In this document: piece by piece, positions 11,768-23,906 of the stretch | Numbering within the stretch: position 1 is the first letter of the stretch | Layout of the letters: each line of letters opens with the position of its first letter | NCBI RefSeq assembly: GCF_006345805.1 | Contig: NC_043018.1 | Location: 8,370,001-8,434,000 of the forward strand | Source of the DNA: Octopus sinensis | Taxonomy: Eukaryota | DNA length: 64,000 nucleotides | Reading direction: 5' to 3' | Made by a program: the position numbers and the translations under genes | The notes under the pieces: model-generated | Database searches by the model: none | The model's input: the letters and a program-made list of their open reading frames with translations, nothing else | Told to the model about the DNA's origin: nothing

Positions 11768-12745
11768 TTTGTTCCGTCCAAAGCTGATCACTCAAAGGCC
11801 TCTAAATGTCCAGGATTTCAAAATTTGGTATCTTACTTGGAAACAATTTGTCTTCTGCTGAAAGTCTTACCAGAAATTGAAGAACTTGCTAAGGACCATT
11901 TCAACACATTATACAATTTACATGTTGTGAAATATAAAGGTATGGAATCAAAGGAGTATTTAGCCCTTGGTTGTGTCTACATCAGCTGTCGGCAGCACAA
12001 TGCTCTGTACACCCTGCTGGAGATTGCTAAGCTGGCCAGGTGCAATGTATTTAATCTTGGCAATGCTTACAAGACTGCCATACAGTTACTTGGACTGAGT
12101 CTGGAACAATCTGGAATCGGTGCTCTGAGCCGGCAGCTGTTCTCGCAGTCGAATCTGACAGTCGCTGTTATTTCTCGGGCTCATGAGTTGCTTCATCTCA
12201 GCAACAAATTTTGGTTGGTCAGTGGGAGGAATCCAGTTGGGTTATTGCTGGCTGTTTCATATATATCGTGGAAAACTGAGAAACCTGTGGAACGGTGCAA
12301 AATATCTGCTCAGAAATATTGCAAAGAACACAAACTGACTTTCTCTCCGATGGTGAAGCAAAGAATTGGTGAAATTGAGAAAGTGTTGTTCCATCTCGCT
12401 CTGGAATTGCCTTGGGTGAAAACGGAGCCAATCAAAGAACGGCTACCGTTTCTAGTGAATGATATACTTAATTATCAGAAGTCTTTGATTCTGGAAATGG
12501 AAAGAAACATAAATAATGAAAAAAACAGTGAAGAACAATTTCCGTTCATTTCCAAAAATAATTATGGAGAAATTCTTCCCCCTATTATGAAGAAAAAAGT
12601 GAAAAAGGTTGAAGAATCTGAACCTTATTCAGTTGCCTTAGTTACTTGCTGTGACGAAAGTGACAGTGAAGATCTCGACCAACTTGATGTAGATGACTAC
12701 ATCAAGTCGGAGAAAGAGATTGAAGCTTTGAAGAACTTAGAATGA
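11768..12745 (+). CDS. BRF2: BRF2 coding exon 2: two cyclin folds and C-terminal TBP-anchor region
   Basis: Polypyrimidine/TAG acceptor at 11767, in frame with exon 1. Motifs LGCVYISCRQ, WLVSGRNP, LALELPWV, LPPIM, DDYIKSEKEI match BRF2 rather than TFIIB/BRF1. Stop TGA 12743-12745; total 380 aa. Confidence 0.9.
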   Translation, partial: FVPSKADHSKASKCPGFQNLVSYLETICLLLKVLPEIEELAKDHFNTLYNLHVVKYKGMESKEYLALGCVYISCRQHNALYTLLEIAKLARCNVFNLGNAYKTAIQLLGLSLEQSGIGALSRQLFSQSNLTVAVISRAHELLHLSNKFWLVSGRNPVGLLLAVSYISWKTEKPVERCKISAQKYCKEHKLTFSPMVKQRIGEIEKVLFHLALELPWVKTEPIKERLPFLVNDILNYQKSLILEMERNINNEKNSEEQFPFISKNNYGEILPPIMKKKVKKVEESEPYSVALVTCCDESDSEDLDQLDVDDYIKSEKEIEALKNLE

Positions 12746-12956
12746 AAAGAAGTTCTTGTAGAGGAAATAAGTCTGGTATTTTCTGAGAGTTGCATGCATG
12801 TGGTTGGGTCTTGATGGCCGTCAGATTAGCAGAAAGGGATCCAGGTTCTATCACTGATGCTTACAACAGACAATTTCATTACCCTGGGTCAAATTAATCT
12901 TTTATCAGCTAAATGCTACAGAAACTGGAGATTTAGAATATAGCTGTACCAATTGT

Positions 12957-13156
12957 AAGGACATAATGCTCGGAATGGTCAGTGGCAAGAGAGGAAGAGG
13001 CCGACCAAGAACCCGCTGGCTTGACACCATCAAGAGTGATACCGGAATGGACATAGCCAATCTGAAAGAAGCGGCCCAGGATAGAACTGACTGGAGGACA
13101 CTGATCCATAGAGTAACTGAGAGTCGACTTCGACTGAGCGGATAGATAGATAGATA
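12957..13156 (+). mobile_element. 5'-truncated RTE (BovB-like) LINE with 11-bp TSD
   Basis: Uninterrupted IMLGMVSGKRGRGRPRTRWLDTIK..EAAQDRTDWRTLIHRVTESRLRL, (GATA)n tail, TSD GTACCAATTGT at 12946-12956 and 13157-13167. Confidence 0.9.
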
Positions 13157-13269
13157 GTACCAATTGTTGTGGTTCAGAATATGATGAAATCAATATATGT
13201 GAGAGATGATTCTATTGTGCCTGTGACTGAGCAAAGGAGCTCCGATATAGTTGCTCTACTTGCTAGAAA

Positions 13270-13652
13270 TCTCTCTCTATATAAACGGCAGTTTGTCTGT
13301 GCGTTTTCTGTGTGTCTGTTTTCTCGTACCCTCACTCTGACCACGGCTTTCAACCGATTCTGATGAAACTTGACACACACATAGCCCAATGTCATAATTC
13401 AAAACTAACGCAGCGAAAATTTTGAAAAGTTCCCCCAGTTCTGAAAAAAATCGATAAATTCGACATGGGGTCGAGAATCAGAAACCCAAACCACAGACCG
13501 TCTAGGGGACGCAACTCCACCTTTTTTAACTCTCAAAAAAATTTACCATCATTTTTTTTCCATTTTTTTGCTATTTTTTGGCTATAACTCTCTAAAAATG
13601 CTTTATAGTTATTTCCCTTACAAACCTGAGCAACGCCGGGTGATACTGCTAG
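13270..13652 (+). mobile_element. Non-autonomous Helitron
   Basis: Starts TC after A, ends GC-rich hairpin + CTAG before T; splits the common repeat motif tgctagaaa|tagcaac with no TSD. Confidence 0.8.
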
Positions 13653-14186
13653 TAGCAACTAAATAACCCTCAAAGCACTTCCTAGCATCATGTAGTCCTG
13701 CATATTGCTAAAATAACAGAATACTTATAACTTATGCTTTTGATCGTAGATATACTCAATCACAAGTGACCGGGGTTTAACCCTTTAAACCCTTTAACAG
13801 CTCAACTGGTTATATCTGGCCCAAATATGCTATCTGTTTTATGCTCAAACCAACCAGACCATACTTCTCATACCTACACTACAATGTCATTTCTAAAGAA
13901 ATACTATCACATCATTGAAATCTTGAAGCTAAGAGATAATGCATGATTAATTCAAAGCAATGTGAATAAATAAGCATTATATTTGACAAAGGGATCTGAA
14001 TGCTAAAAGGTTAATCGATAACTATTACCTTTTATCATGCCAAGGGAGATACACTGTGTCTATTTATCCGGTCAAGATCCACACATCATATTTATTTTAT
14101 TCAACATCTACATGCTGTGTCAATCCATGCAGTCAACATCTGTTTATTGTTTGTATTTATCCAATAAACATCTACACCCTGTGTCT

Positions 14187-14450
14187 ATTTATTGACTCAA
14201 CATTTACACACTGCATCTGGCCATATAGTCAACTTCTACACTCTATTTATCCAGTTAATATCTATACCAAGTGCTTATCTATCTAGTCAACACCTACATA
14301 CTCTGCCTATTAATCCTCTTAACATCTACGAGCTGTCTGTCTTTCCATCCTACATTTACATACCGTGCCCCTCTGATCAAAAACACAACATGGTCTATCT
14401 CGCCACCCAGTCACCATATCCACACTCTTCTAATATCAGAGTAAATTTCG
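14187..14450. repeat. About 260-bp segment recopied at 16397-16655
   Basis: attgactcaacat...cagagtaaatttcg occurs twice in direct orientation. Confidence 0.9.
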
Positions 14451-14786
14451 TTGTTAGACAAAAGACTAATGTTTCAGACAGAACCTTTGATTGGAGAGTG
14501 ATAGTCACAATACTCCCAAGTAATCTTCAATCCCTTACTTAGACATTTCAATTCCCCAGACTACTCCCTTAACAACCCCACGGTAAAGTCACCTTACTCA
14601 GCCTTCATCTGGAAACACCAAGAAAAAGACTCACATCTTTACTCTGGGTGTTATTGGACACCTTTTTCTTCCAGTCTATCCACACCTTCAGCTCTACCAT
14701 TTCCTCCATCTCCAGCCATTAAAGCTTTTTCTCCATCTCATTTCACTGTATACGATATATCAGTTGGACATGTCTATATGTATTTA

Positions 14787-14995
14787 CGAGGGGGCACTGG
14801 AAAGTTATTGGCTTTGGGTAAAAGAAAATACAGAAGGATTAGGATTTTATTTACCATTTTCTCCTCTCGGATTCACAGATTTATTGCAGTGGTCCTTCAG
14901 TTTTTCTAAGCCCTGTAAAAGAACTCGGAAGGTTGAGCTTTCAACCAGGTCTTTCATGATACCCTTAAAGCCAGGAACTTTTCAACACCCCCTTG
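14787..14995. mobile_element. Tc1/mariner-like MITE
   Basis: CGAGGGGG..GAAAGTT / AACTTTTCAACACCCCCTTG termini with TA flanks. Confidence 0.75.
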
Positions 14996-15038
14996 TATGT
15001 ATGTATGTATGTATGTATGTGTGTGTGTGTGTGTGTGT

Positions 15039-16008
15039 AATACCAAATGAATAATAGCAGATGATGTCAGCTCATTACAGCTATTTTTTCCGCATCTTTT
15101 AGAAGAATGAGAACATTATTTCATTGCAAAAAACCATAATCATCCGATGAAACATAATTTTACAAATAGAAGAATATCCCATGAATATGGCAGAGACATG
15201 GCTGAAGTCGGTCAAGGCTAACTATAAATGCCAGCATCAGTTGTTAGTTGTCGGAGCACTGCATCCTTCAAAACTTCCATGCTTCCTGAGATTCGCCAAC
15301 ACTACACCTGATTTTCTCCCCTCTGACTCGTGCACTGTTCGCTTTCCAGACATGTGTACATTACTGCATATGCTTTATACACACTTTTTGACAAGTTGTG
15401 GTGCACCTGAACACTGTATACAATAATTTCATTATTATTATTTTTAACCTCTACAACAGCTTCTAACCTAAGGCCAATCAAATTTACTCCCTTTATCGTT
15501 AACCCAAAAGTCAGCTGATCTGCTTAATTGTCTAAGTCCACCTAGTCTCAGTCTTCTTTACCATTACTTCCTTACCACTCTTGCTATATTGAAGGAACTA
15601 ACCATTCTATTTGTGGTGTACCCAGTATTATCCATTAGTGATTGTGAAAATATCTGACCTAGAAGTCGCAGCCTGCACACCCTTGTTAGTTCTTTCATCG
15701 GATGATTACATCATCATCATCATCGTTTAACGTCCGCTTTCCATGCTAGCATGGGTTGGACGGTTCAACCAGGGATCTGGGAAGCCAGAAGGCTGCACCA
15801 GGCTCCAGTCTGATCTGGCAGTGTTTCTACTGCTGGATGCCCTTCCTAACGCCAACCACTCCGTGAGTGTAGTGGGTGCTTTTTACATGCCACCTGCACA
15901 GGGGCCACGCAAGGAGTAATGTTCTCATTCTTCTATTTAAAAAATGCATAAGAAACAGTTGTAATGAGCTGACAATTATCCATCATCTGTTATTATTCAT
16001 TTGATTAT
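15039..16008. mobile_element. Old DNA transposon with ~110-bp TIRs, carrying a nested CR1 fragment (15229-15440) and SINE C (15710-15905)
   Basis: caaatgaataata..cagatgat..gtcagctcattaca..agaagaatgagaacatta..taatcatccgatgaaa recurs inverted at 15694-16008, interrupted by the SINE. Confidence 0.7.
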
Positions 16009-16011
16009 AAT

Positions 16012-16096
16012 ACACCGTAGAGTATGCCAACAACTTGTTGGACACCGTAGAGTATACCAACAACTTGTTGGACACCGTAGAGTATACCAACAACTT
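16012..16096. repeat. 30-bp minisatellite, ~2.8 copies
   Basis: Unit acaccgtagagtataccaacaacttgttgg; contains palindrome ccaacaa-c-ttgttgg. Confidence 0.9.
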
Positions 16097-18352
16097 ATAA
16101 TTCAATGCATGCTTTGGACAAGCCCCTGGAAGCCAGTTAGCCGCTCTGGCAACGATCACGCTTGGATGGTGCTCTTAGCACCCCAAACTATTGCAGATTA
16201 TAAGAGTGTTTTACCTGTACATACCGTTTTAATCTATCCAGCTATCCAAGCAGTATATACACTCACTGTGTGTATCTTTGTAAGTATCAAGTCAGTGTCT
16301 ACACTGTTGGTGTCTCTAGTGACCTTTGGTCATATGCTGTGCTTGAGAAGACCAGTCAAGCCAAGTGAAATTGTAGTTGTGACCAGTGCTGGTGTCATTT
16401 ATTGACTCAACATCTACACACTGCATCTGGCCATATAGTCAACTTCTACACTCTGTTTATCCAGTTAATATCTATACCAAGTGCTTATCTATCTAGTCAA
16501 CATCTACATACTCTGACTATTAATCCTCTTAACATCTACAAGTTGTCTGTCTTTCCATCCTACATTTACATACCTCTCTGATCAAAAACACAACAATGTC
16601 TATCTCGCTACCCAGTCACCGTATCCACACTCTTCTAATATCAGAGTAAATTTCGGTGGCACATAAAACGCACCCATTACACTCTTGAAGTGGTTGGTGT
16701 TAGGAAAGGCATCCAGCCATAGAAACCATGCCAATTCAGATTGGAAACCTGGTGCAGCCCTCCAGCTTAGCAGCTTCAGTCAACTCATATAACCCATACC
16801 AGAATGGAAAGCAGACGTTAAATGATGACAACACTATACTCTCTCTTTTACTTGTTTCAGTCATTTGACTGCGCCCATGCTGGAGCACCGCCTTTGGTCA
16901 AGCAAATCGACTTATTCTTTCTAAGCCTAGCACTTATTCTATCAGTCTCTTTTGCCGAACTGCTAAGTTACGGGGATGTAAACACCTGAATCAGTTGACA
17001 AGCGATGTTGGGGGGACAAACACACACACACACACACATATATATACATATACACAATGGGCTTCTTTCAGTTTTTGTCTACCAAATCCACTCACAAGGC
17101 TTTGGTCGGCCCGAGCCTATAGTAGAAGACACTTGCCCAAGGTGCCATGCTGTGGGACTGATCTCAGAACCATGTGGTTGGTAAGCAAGCTACTTATCAC
17201 ACAGCCACTCGTCTAGCTATCTAGGCAAAATATATACATTATATGCACACAGTGTTCACCTAAGTAGCTATCCAGTCAAAATACACACACACTGTCAATT
17301 TATCTGGCTATCCAATCAACACATACGATCTAACGATCTCTCCATCCTTCCAATCAAGGTACACATGCTGTATCTATCTAGTCACTCAGTGCCTTCCCGT
17401 CAGAGCAATTTTTATTTTATTTTACAAAACCGAGATTTTGTCTTCTGCACAAATAACTCGGTTCTAAATTCCCAAAGTACAAAACAAATAAAACAGTTGC
17501 AAAGTAAATCCCTTTTTCTTTGTGGCCTTGTCTGGTTCTCTCCCAGATTCCACTGAGATTGACACAGCAGACCACTGCAAGCAGTGGGAGCATTGTAATT
17601 TGAAGAGTATTTTGTTAGCTTGCAGTATTAGATTAATTAGTGAAATTAGTGATTAGTATTGCTTCCTCTATAGTCTTTCCTAAAAAGGACCATGCAGTTA
17701 CTTAGTCTACAACAACCCCAAGAGTTAATTCCCAAGGGTGCAGGAACACCCCTGTAAACAGGAGCTCTCTTGTAAATGTTAAACTGCATCTTTTTATTTT
17801 TTATTTTTTTATTGTTTAACAATTATTTATTTTGTTTTCTTACTGACATCTCCCCTACCCCTTTTATATATTTATAACAAATCCCTAATTTTTACAAAAT
17901 GGGGGGAAAAACCCAACTTATTTAAATAAACATATTCTTGAAAATTAATATGTCTTTATCTTTTTATCTTTTACTTCTTTCAGTCATTGGCCTACAGTCA
18001 CCCTCCTGGGGCACTACCTTCAAGTATTTGGGTCATCTAGATTGCCCTCAGTACTTATTTTTTAAGCTAGGTATTCTAGTGGTCTCATTTTGCCAAATTG
18101 CTAAGTTACGGGGCCCTAAACACACCATCACTGGTTATCAAGTGGTGGTGGGGGGGGGACAAACAGACACATGGATTTCTTTCAGTCTCTGCCTACCAAA
18201 TCCACTCACAAGGCTTTGGTCACCCCAAGATTATAGTAGAAGAAAGACAATTGCCCAAGGTGTCACACAATGAGACTGAACCTAGAACCATGTGGTTGAG
18301 AATCAAACTTCTTACCACTCAGCCACATCTATGCCTGCAGAATACTAATTTT

Positions 18353-18784
18353 GAATCTTTTCGGTTTGAACGGCAGTTTTTTCTAGCGGTGTCATATGAA
18401 ATTGTCACCCATAATTATGACCCTAGTATCGATCTATTGCATTTCTATCTGTTTTAGGGTTAGGGGTGGGGGGAAGGGTATCTTTTTTTCTTCAGAAATG
18501 TAAATAAACCCAATCTGTTTCTTAAACGAGGGATATATTCATACGGCACAATGTTTTTACCTCAATAGACGTCAGTGATTGGTTGAAATTGCAGAAATTG
18601 AAGAAAAAACAACAAATATAATAATAATAATGAAATTAATAATATCTTACAAACTATAGAATTTTCTCAGTAAAGCCAAGAGAAAAAGATGTTTTATAAA
18701 CACATTCTACCAGTATACAAAGTTTAACATTTTTTAGTTACCTAGAAATTATGTTAAAAACTGCCATTCAAACCGAAAAGATCC
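18353..18784. mobile_element. MITE family T copy
   Basis: Both TIRs; flanks CTAATTTT / CTAATTTA. Confidence 0.85.
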
Positions 18785-20249
18785 CTAATTTAAAAAAATA
18801 TTTCAGCTCAAATGTGCCTCTACAGGTTTTCATGTACCCACAAATCACCCCTAAAATGTCTCCCACTCTGCTATGGTGTGGAGTCTGCCCCTATTTGTTG
18901 TTCATCAACTTTTCAATTGTTTTATTAAAGTAAATAACATATTCTTCCTGTGCATGCAGCGAAGGTTCAATTTTTGGTCAGGCAATTTTATTTTATTTCT
19001 TTTTCTTTCCTCATATTTGTGAATTTCAGTGAGAAAGGAGAGTTCTACCACTATCTGCTGTGATAAGCAATGTGATTAGCTAATAAGGGAATCTCCAGAT
19101 GGTTATACAACACGCTAGAAATTGCAACCAAGTTTTTACTTCAAAACTGTCCCTAATCATCATCATCATCATCATTTAACATCTGTTTTCCATGCTAGCA
19201 TGGGTTGGACGGTTTGACCGGGGTCTGGGAAGCCAGGCTCTAGTCTGATCTGGCAGTGTTTCTACAGCTGGATGCTCTTCCTAACGCCAACCACTCCATG
19301 AGTGTAGTGGGTTCTTTTTACATGCCAGGCAAGGCTGGAGACGGCCACGATCGGTTGGTGCTTTTTACATGCCACCAGCACTGGTATCAGAGCTACAATT
19401 TCCATTGTCTTAAAAAAAAAAGTGATAGCTTTTATATATCATAGTCTGAAAAGAAAAAAAATGTAAAAGATGGGATGGTCACAACTGCATTTTGATCATC
19501 AGTCACCATTTCCTTAATCTGCTGACTTGAGGCCAAACAACAAAATACCAACATCCAAAGTTGGATGCTGGTATTTCCTAACCCATTGGTCATTTAAGAT
19601 TATGGAACATCATCATCATCATCGTTTAACATCTGCTTTCCATGCTAGCATGGGTTGGACGATTTTGACTGAGGACTGGCAAACCAGATGGCTGCACCAG
19701 GCTTCAATCTTGATCTGGTAGAGTTTCTACAGCTGGATGCCCTTCCTAATGCCAACAACTCTGAGAGTGTAGTGGGTGCTTTTACGTGCCACTGGCACGG
19801 GGCCAGTCAGGCGGTACAGGCAACGACCTTGCTCGAATCTTTCACACATGCCACCGGCACAAGTGCCAGTAAGGCAACACTGGTAACGATCACGCTCGAA
19901 TGGTGACTTTTATGTGCTACCGTCACGTAGGCCAGATAGCCGCTCTGGCAACGATCACACTCGGATGGTATTTTTTCATTCAACACCTGGATACCTCTCT
20001 AAAGCATCACTGGTTCATATCCTGCACACAGCACTACATCATGTTTATTAGAGACTCTCAACTCTGAAACAGCTCAGTCCACCTAGCTGTAAATAAGTAT
20101 CCCATCATAGGAACAACTTGCTATTGTGGGCAACAATCAATCAGTGTATCCCATATATATTTGTGCATCTGGCAGCAGCCATTCTCCAGTGTTCTTGTTA
20201 TTTACATATTCTCTGTTTTCCCAGTGCCTGGTTGACAGCCTTCAGCTCT

Positions 20250-20660
20250 TCTCTAAGTGTTCGACACCATGTAACCCAACATCTGCTTTGTCTTCTTCAT
20301 CTCAATGTTGTTTTTGTACACCAATGATAAACCTGCTGCAAGATGTGACTAACTGGCCAGTTGAATCCTTGGTTCCATCAGAGAAAGACGATGTAAAATG
20401 ATGAATACATCCAGGAATAGAATTTCCAATATAGCTTTCATTTCTAAGTCTAGAAGATTTGGTCCCTATTTCTAGCAGGTGGAGAAACCAGTGTTTGAGC
20501 AAGTGTCTCCACCAAATGTTGTTAAGTGACCAGAGAATTTTAGTTGTCGTTTCCTTATGATAAGACTCTTCACTTGACAAATGAGTTTACTAAAGTGTCC
20601 AATGTATAGTCTTTGTACACATTCTCATAATGTGCAACAAACTAATGGAATCATGTACAG
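20250..20660 (-). mobile_element. Possible highly decayed Penelope-like GIY-YIG 3' end
   Basis: Minus strand gives C..C...LYIG followed by HWF..LEI..RL..ES.I-like and N.G-like remnants; many stops and frameshifts. Confidence 0.3.
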
Positions 20661-23600
20661 GCTTTTCTCTTTCCCATGCAGGCATGGGTTGCAGAGTTCA
20701 TCACAAGCCAGCCCCTTATATGGAGTTACTGCTGCTGTCCTACATGGGTCAGAGTTCTACAACTTGCTCATATAATTCATTTTCTATAACTGGACGACCT
20801 TACTATCACCTACCACTTAAGTCTCTCTCTTCCTATCACTCTAGTTGTACCAAAAAGTTCTGCTGCCAAAACAGTTTGAATGTCCAGTCAACCAACCCTA
20901 ATTACCAGGCAACTGTGTGCAATCATCTCATTCCACTTTCACAAACCTTCTAAAAGCACCAATATTTACTCTGGTTAATGATACTGGACAACCACAAAGT
21001 TGATAGCAGCAGGAAAGGAATTCTTGAGGGAGAACATTCTGTGAAAGAAGTGGTTGGTACAGAGAATAGTGGTGATGGATTAGGGACAAAAACATTACAG
21101 TTGAGATGTGGACTTAGATGGGGGTGGATCGATCCAGTCAATTCTACACATCTAAAAATTTGTGCCAAAGTTAAGAATTGGTAATTGTAAAATTGGTGAA
21201 AATATATATTTTAAAAAAATGAAAACATAAAAAAACTGAAAGAAAAAACAACAAGAATTGGTAATTGTAAAAATTGGTGAGAATCATCATCATCATCATC
21301 ATCGTTTAACATCCGCTTTCCATGCTGGCATGGGTTGGATGATTTGAATGAGGTCTGGCGAATCAGACGGCCGCACCAGGCTCCAATCTTGATCTGGCAG
21401 ACTTTCTACAGCTGGATGCCCTTCCTAATGCCAACCACTCCGAGAGTGTAGTGGGTGCTTTTACGTGAATATATAAAAAAAAAAAATTAAATGAAAGGAA
21501 AAACAATAAGTCAGGTCAGGCTGCAGCAATTCTTGTCTTTATTGAACTAAAGTTATTCTGAAACAATAACTACAGAACATCCCAGATCTTACCTCTTTTG
21601 CAGCAGAACTTAATAACAAAATCTCCATTTTATTGGTGGGGACACATTCCTTTCTCCTTCTTCCAACATTTTTCTTTTTGTTTTAGTTTTTTTTTTTTGT
21701 TAATTTAATTAAAAACTTCTTTTATTTACCAAATAAATTGGTAAATGGTTCAGAGAGATAAAATATCTTATCTAATTCCTAAAATTTAAACTTTTTGAAA
21801 GAAAAAGAAAATAAATAAAAAAAAAAGAGAGAAAAATCACAGACCACATCAGTTTTTGACTGAATATTATTTAAAGCAAAATATAAAAAAAAAAAAATTC
21901 CTCTCGCTCCAAAATTTTCTTTTGAAAATTAAAAAATCCTCTCGAACTCTTAATAAAATTTTTGTCTCTAAACCTTTAAATAATTATATTCCTGAAGAGG
22001 CAAAACTACTATGTTTCGCTTAATTCTGAAAATAATCAAGAATTTGGAGGGATTTATAAAAATATTTCCATGTATTAAATCAATATTTGGAACATAACAT
22101 CAAAAGGTTTTTAAAATAAATTAAATTATTGGAGGTTTAAATTGAAATATGAAGAATTTTAAAACGGTAGATTTTTTTTTTGTATTGTAGAACCAGAAAT
22201 GAATTGGTAGGTATTAAAAGGATTTCCACGTCTGTGTGTTGTTTCCTCCTAATTCTTTGCGAGATGTGTTTCTAGGCCACTTCTAAAGCCAAACAAAATT
22301 CATTCCTTTGTTTGCCAAAACAGATAGGAATCTATTTATACAGGTACAACCAAAGGATCAACGTTGCAAAGGAAAGATATTCACTGTGGCAATTAAACAA
22401 TTCGTTAATCAGCATTAATTTTAATTTCCCCTCGTTCTCTATTTAACATACTTACAATCTAATTGTTATTGTATGGCCCCAGATCAACCCTGATTGAATA
22501 GACATATTATGAAAGGTATATCAGCAGTGACCATCCTATCATGCAGAGATAGGGAATCACATCATCCAATGTGTCCTTACCATTTTTTAAAGACAGCATG
22601 GTAAAATTTGATGTAGATTTGGCTGTTTTTTCTAGCAGGTCAAACAGCCATTTAGAGGCAGTGGCCTCATCGGCTTGTTTAATGTGTCTCAAATGTATGA
22701 AAACAACACTTGAAACTGAACATTTCAAGTAATATTTTGAGATTTTGAAAATCCTGAGCTTTCTAGAATAGTTAATCTTAGATTAAGCAAGGATTTGAAG
22801 AAGCAATCGAAGAATCAGCAATGTTTTCTGACTAAATTTCTTCATGAAATTGTAAGAGTTACAGCACAAGTGTTCTTGTAGAAACTTTGGTCAGGAATTG
22901 CCTGCTGTTTGTGCTAATACCATTTCTAATCTTTCATAAATTTTCCTTTTATAGTTTCACAAACAACAATCCTAGAATCCCCAACTCATTGTTTGGACAA
23001 GTTAAGAAATCCCGGTCGCAAGATCTGATAAACACTCAAATTAAAAGGCCTTTTGAGATTTCAGCTTATGATTAAAATATAACATAACGAACTTATTGTA
23101 TATTGAGCTCAGGTGTGACAGCCTGAAGATTCTTCAAAACTATTTCAGAGTGTGAAGCTAAAATAACATTGGTCTGATCTTGTCCAACTACAACAGCTAG
23201 TAAAATAAATATTTATATACCAAATTAATTTGAAGTACAAAAAATTTGAGCAGTTAAAGATTTTTGGACTTCTGTGTATTAGTGTCTGTGGACTGCAGTA
23301 TCAAACCATAGCACCATATGCTAAAATGAAATATTCGACCAAGATCTACACAGAGAGGAAAAAACAGGTATTCATACACACACATACACATTTATATATA
23401 TATATATACACACACATACATACACAAATATATGTGTATATATATATACACACGTGTGTGTGTGCACATTGTATGGTTTTTGAAGCCAAAGTTTCACTGT
23501 TGCAACTTTGAGTTTACCATTTCCAGGAATGCATCAGGCAAGTGTTATAGGATATCACAACAGACCTGAGGAATATTCCATAGAATAGATAAGCTAAATG

Positions 23601-23874
23601 AATTTTAATTTGAACAAATAAATAAATTCTAATATATTGAATACTCTTTTGCCACTACAGCATAGCATTACATATATATATATACATACGTATGTAGTAG
23701 AGTTGGTTTTGGGGTTGAAAATGCACCTTAGTCCTAAAATGAGTTGTAGTTTTAAAATTTTATATTTTGGTATTTTATTAAAGAATTTTAAGACTCAGGT
23801 GCATTTTCAAACCCCAAACCCCAAAACCAATTCTCTTATATCCTTACCTGCATGGAAATAAACTTCTTTTCTCC

Positions 23875-23906
<32 letters not shown>

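Noticed and set aside
16012-16096. 30-bp palindromic repeats resembling a CRISPR array
   Set aside because: Units are contiguous with no unique spacers; eukaryotic context with no cas genes.
17428-17463. Small hairpin (aaccgag...ctcggtt) as miRNA or SECIS
   Set aside because: Too short and lacks diagnostic motifs.
20302-20400. Second hexokinase fragment (WNQGF resembling WTKGF)
   Set aside because: No other hexokinase motifs nearby; better explained as a decayed retroelement or chance.
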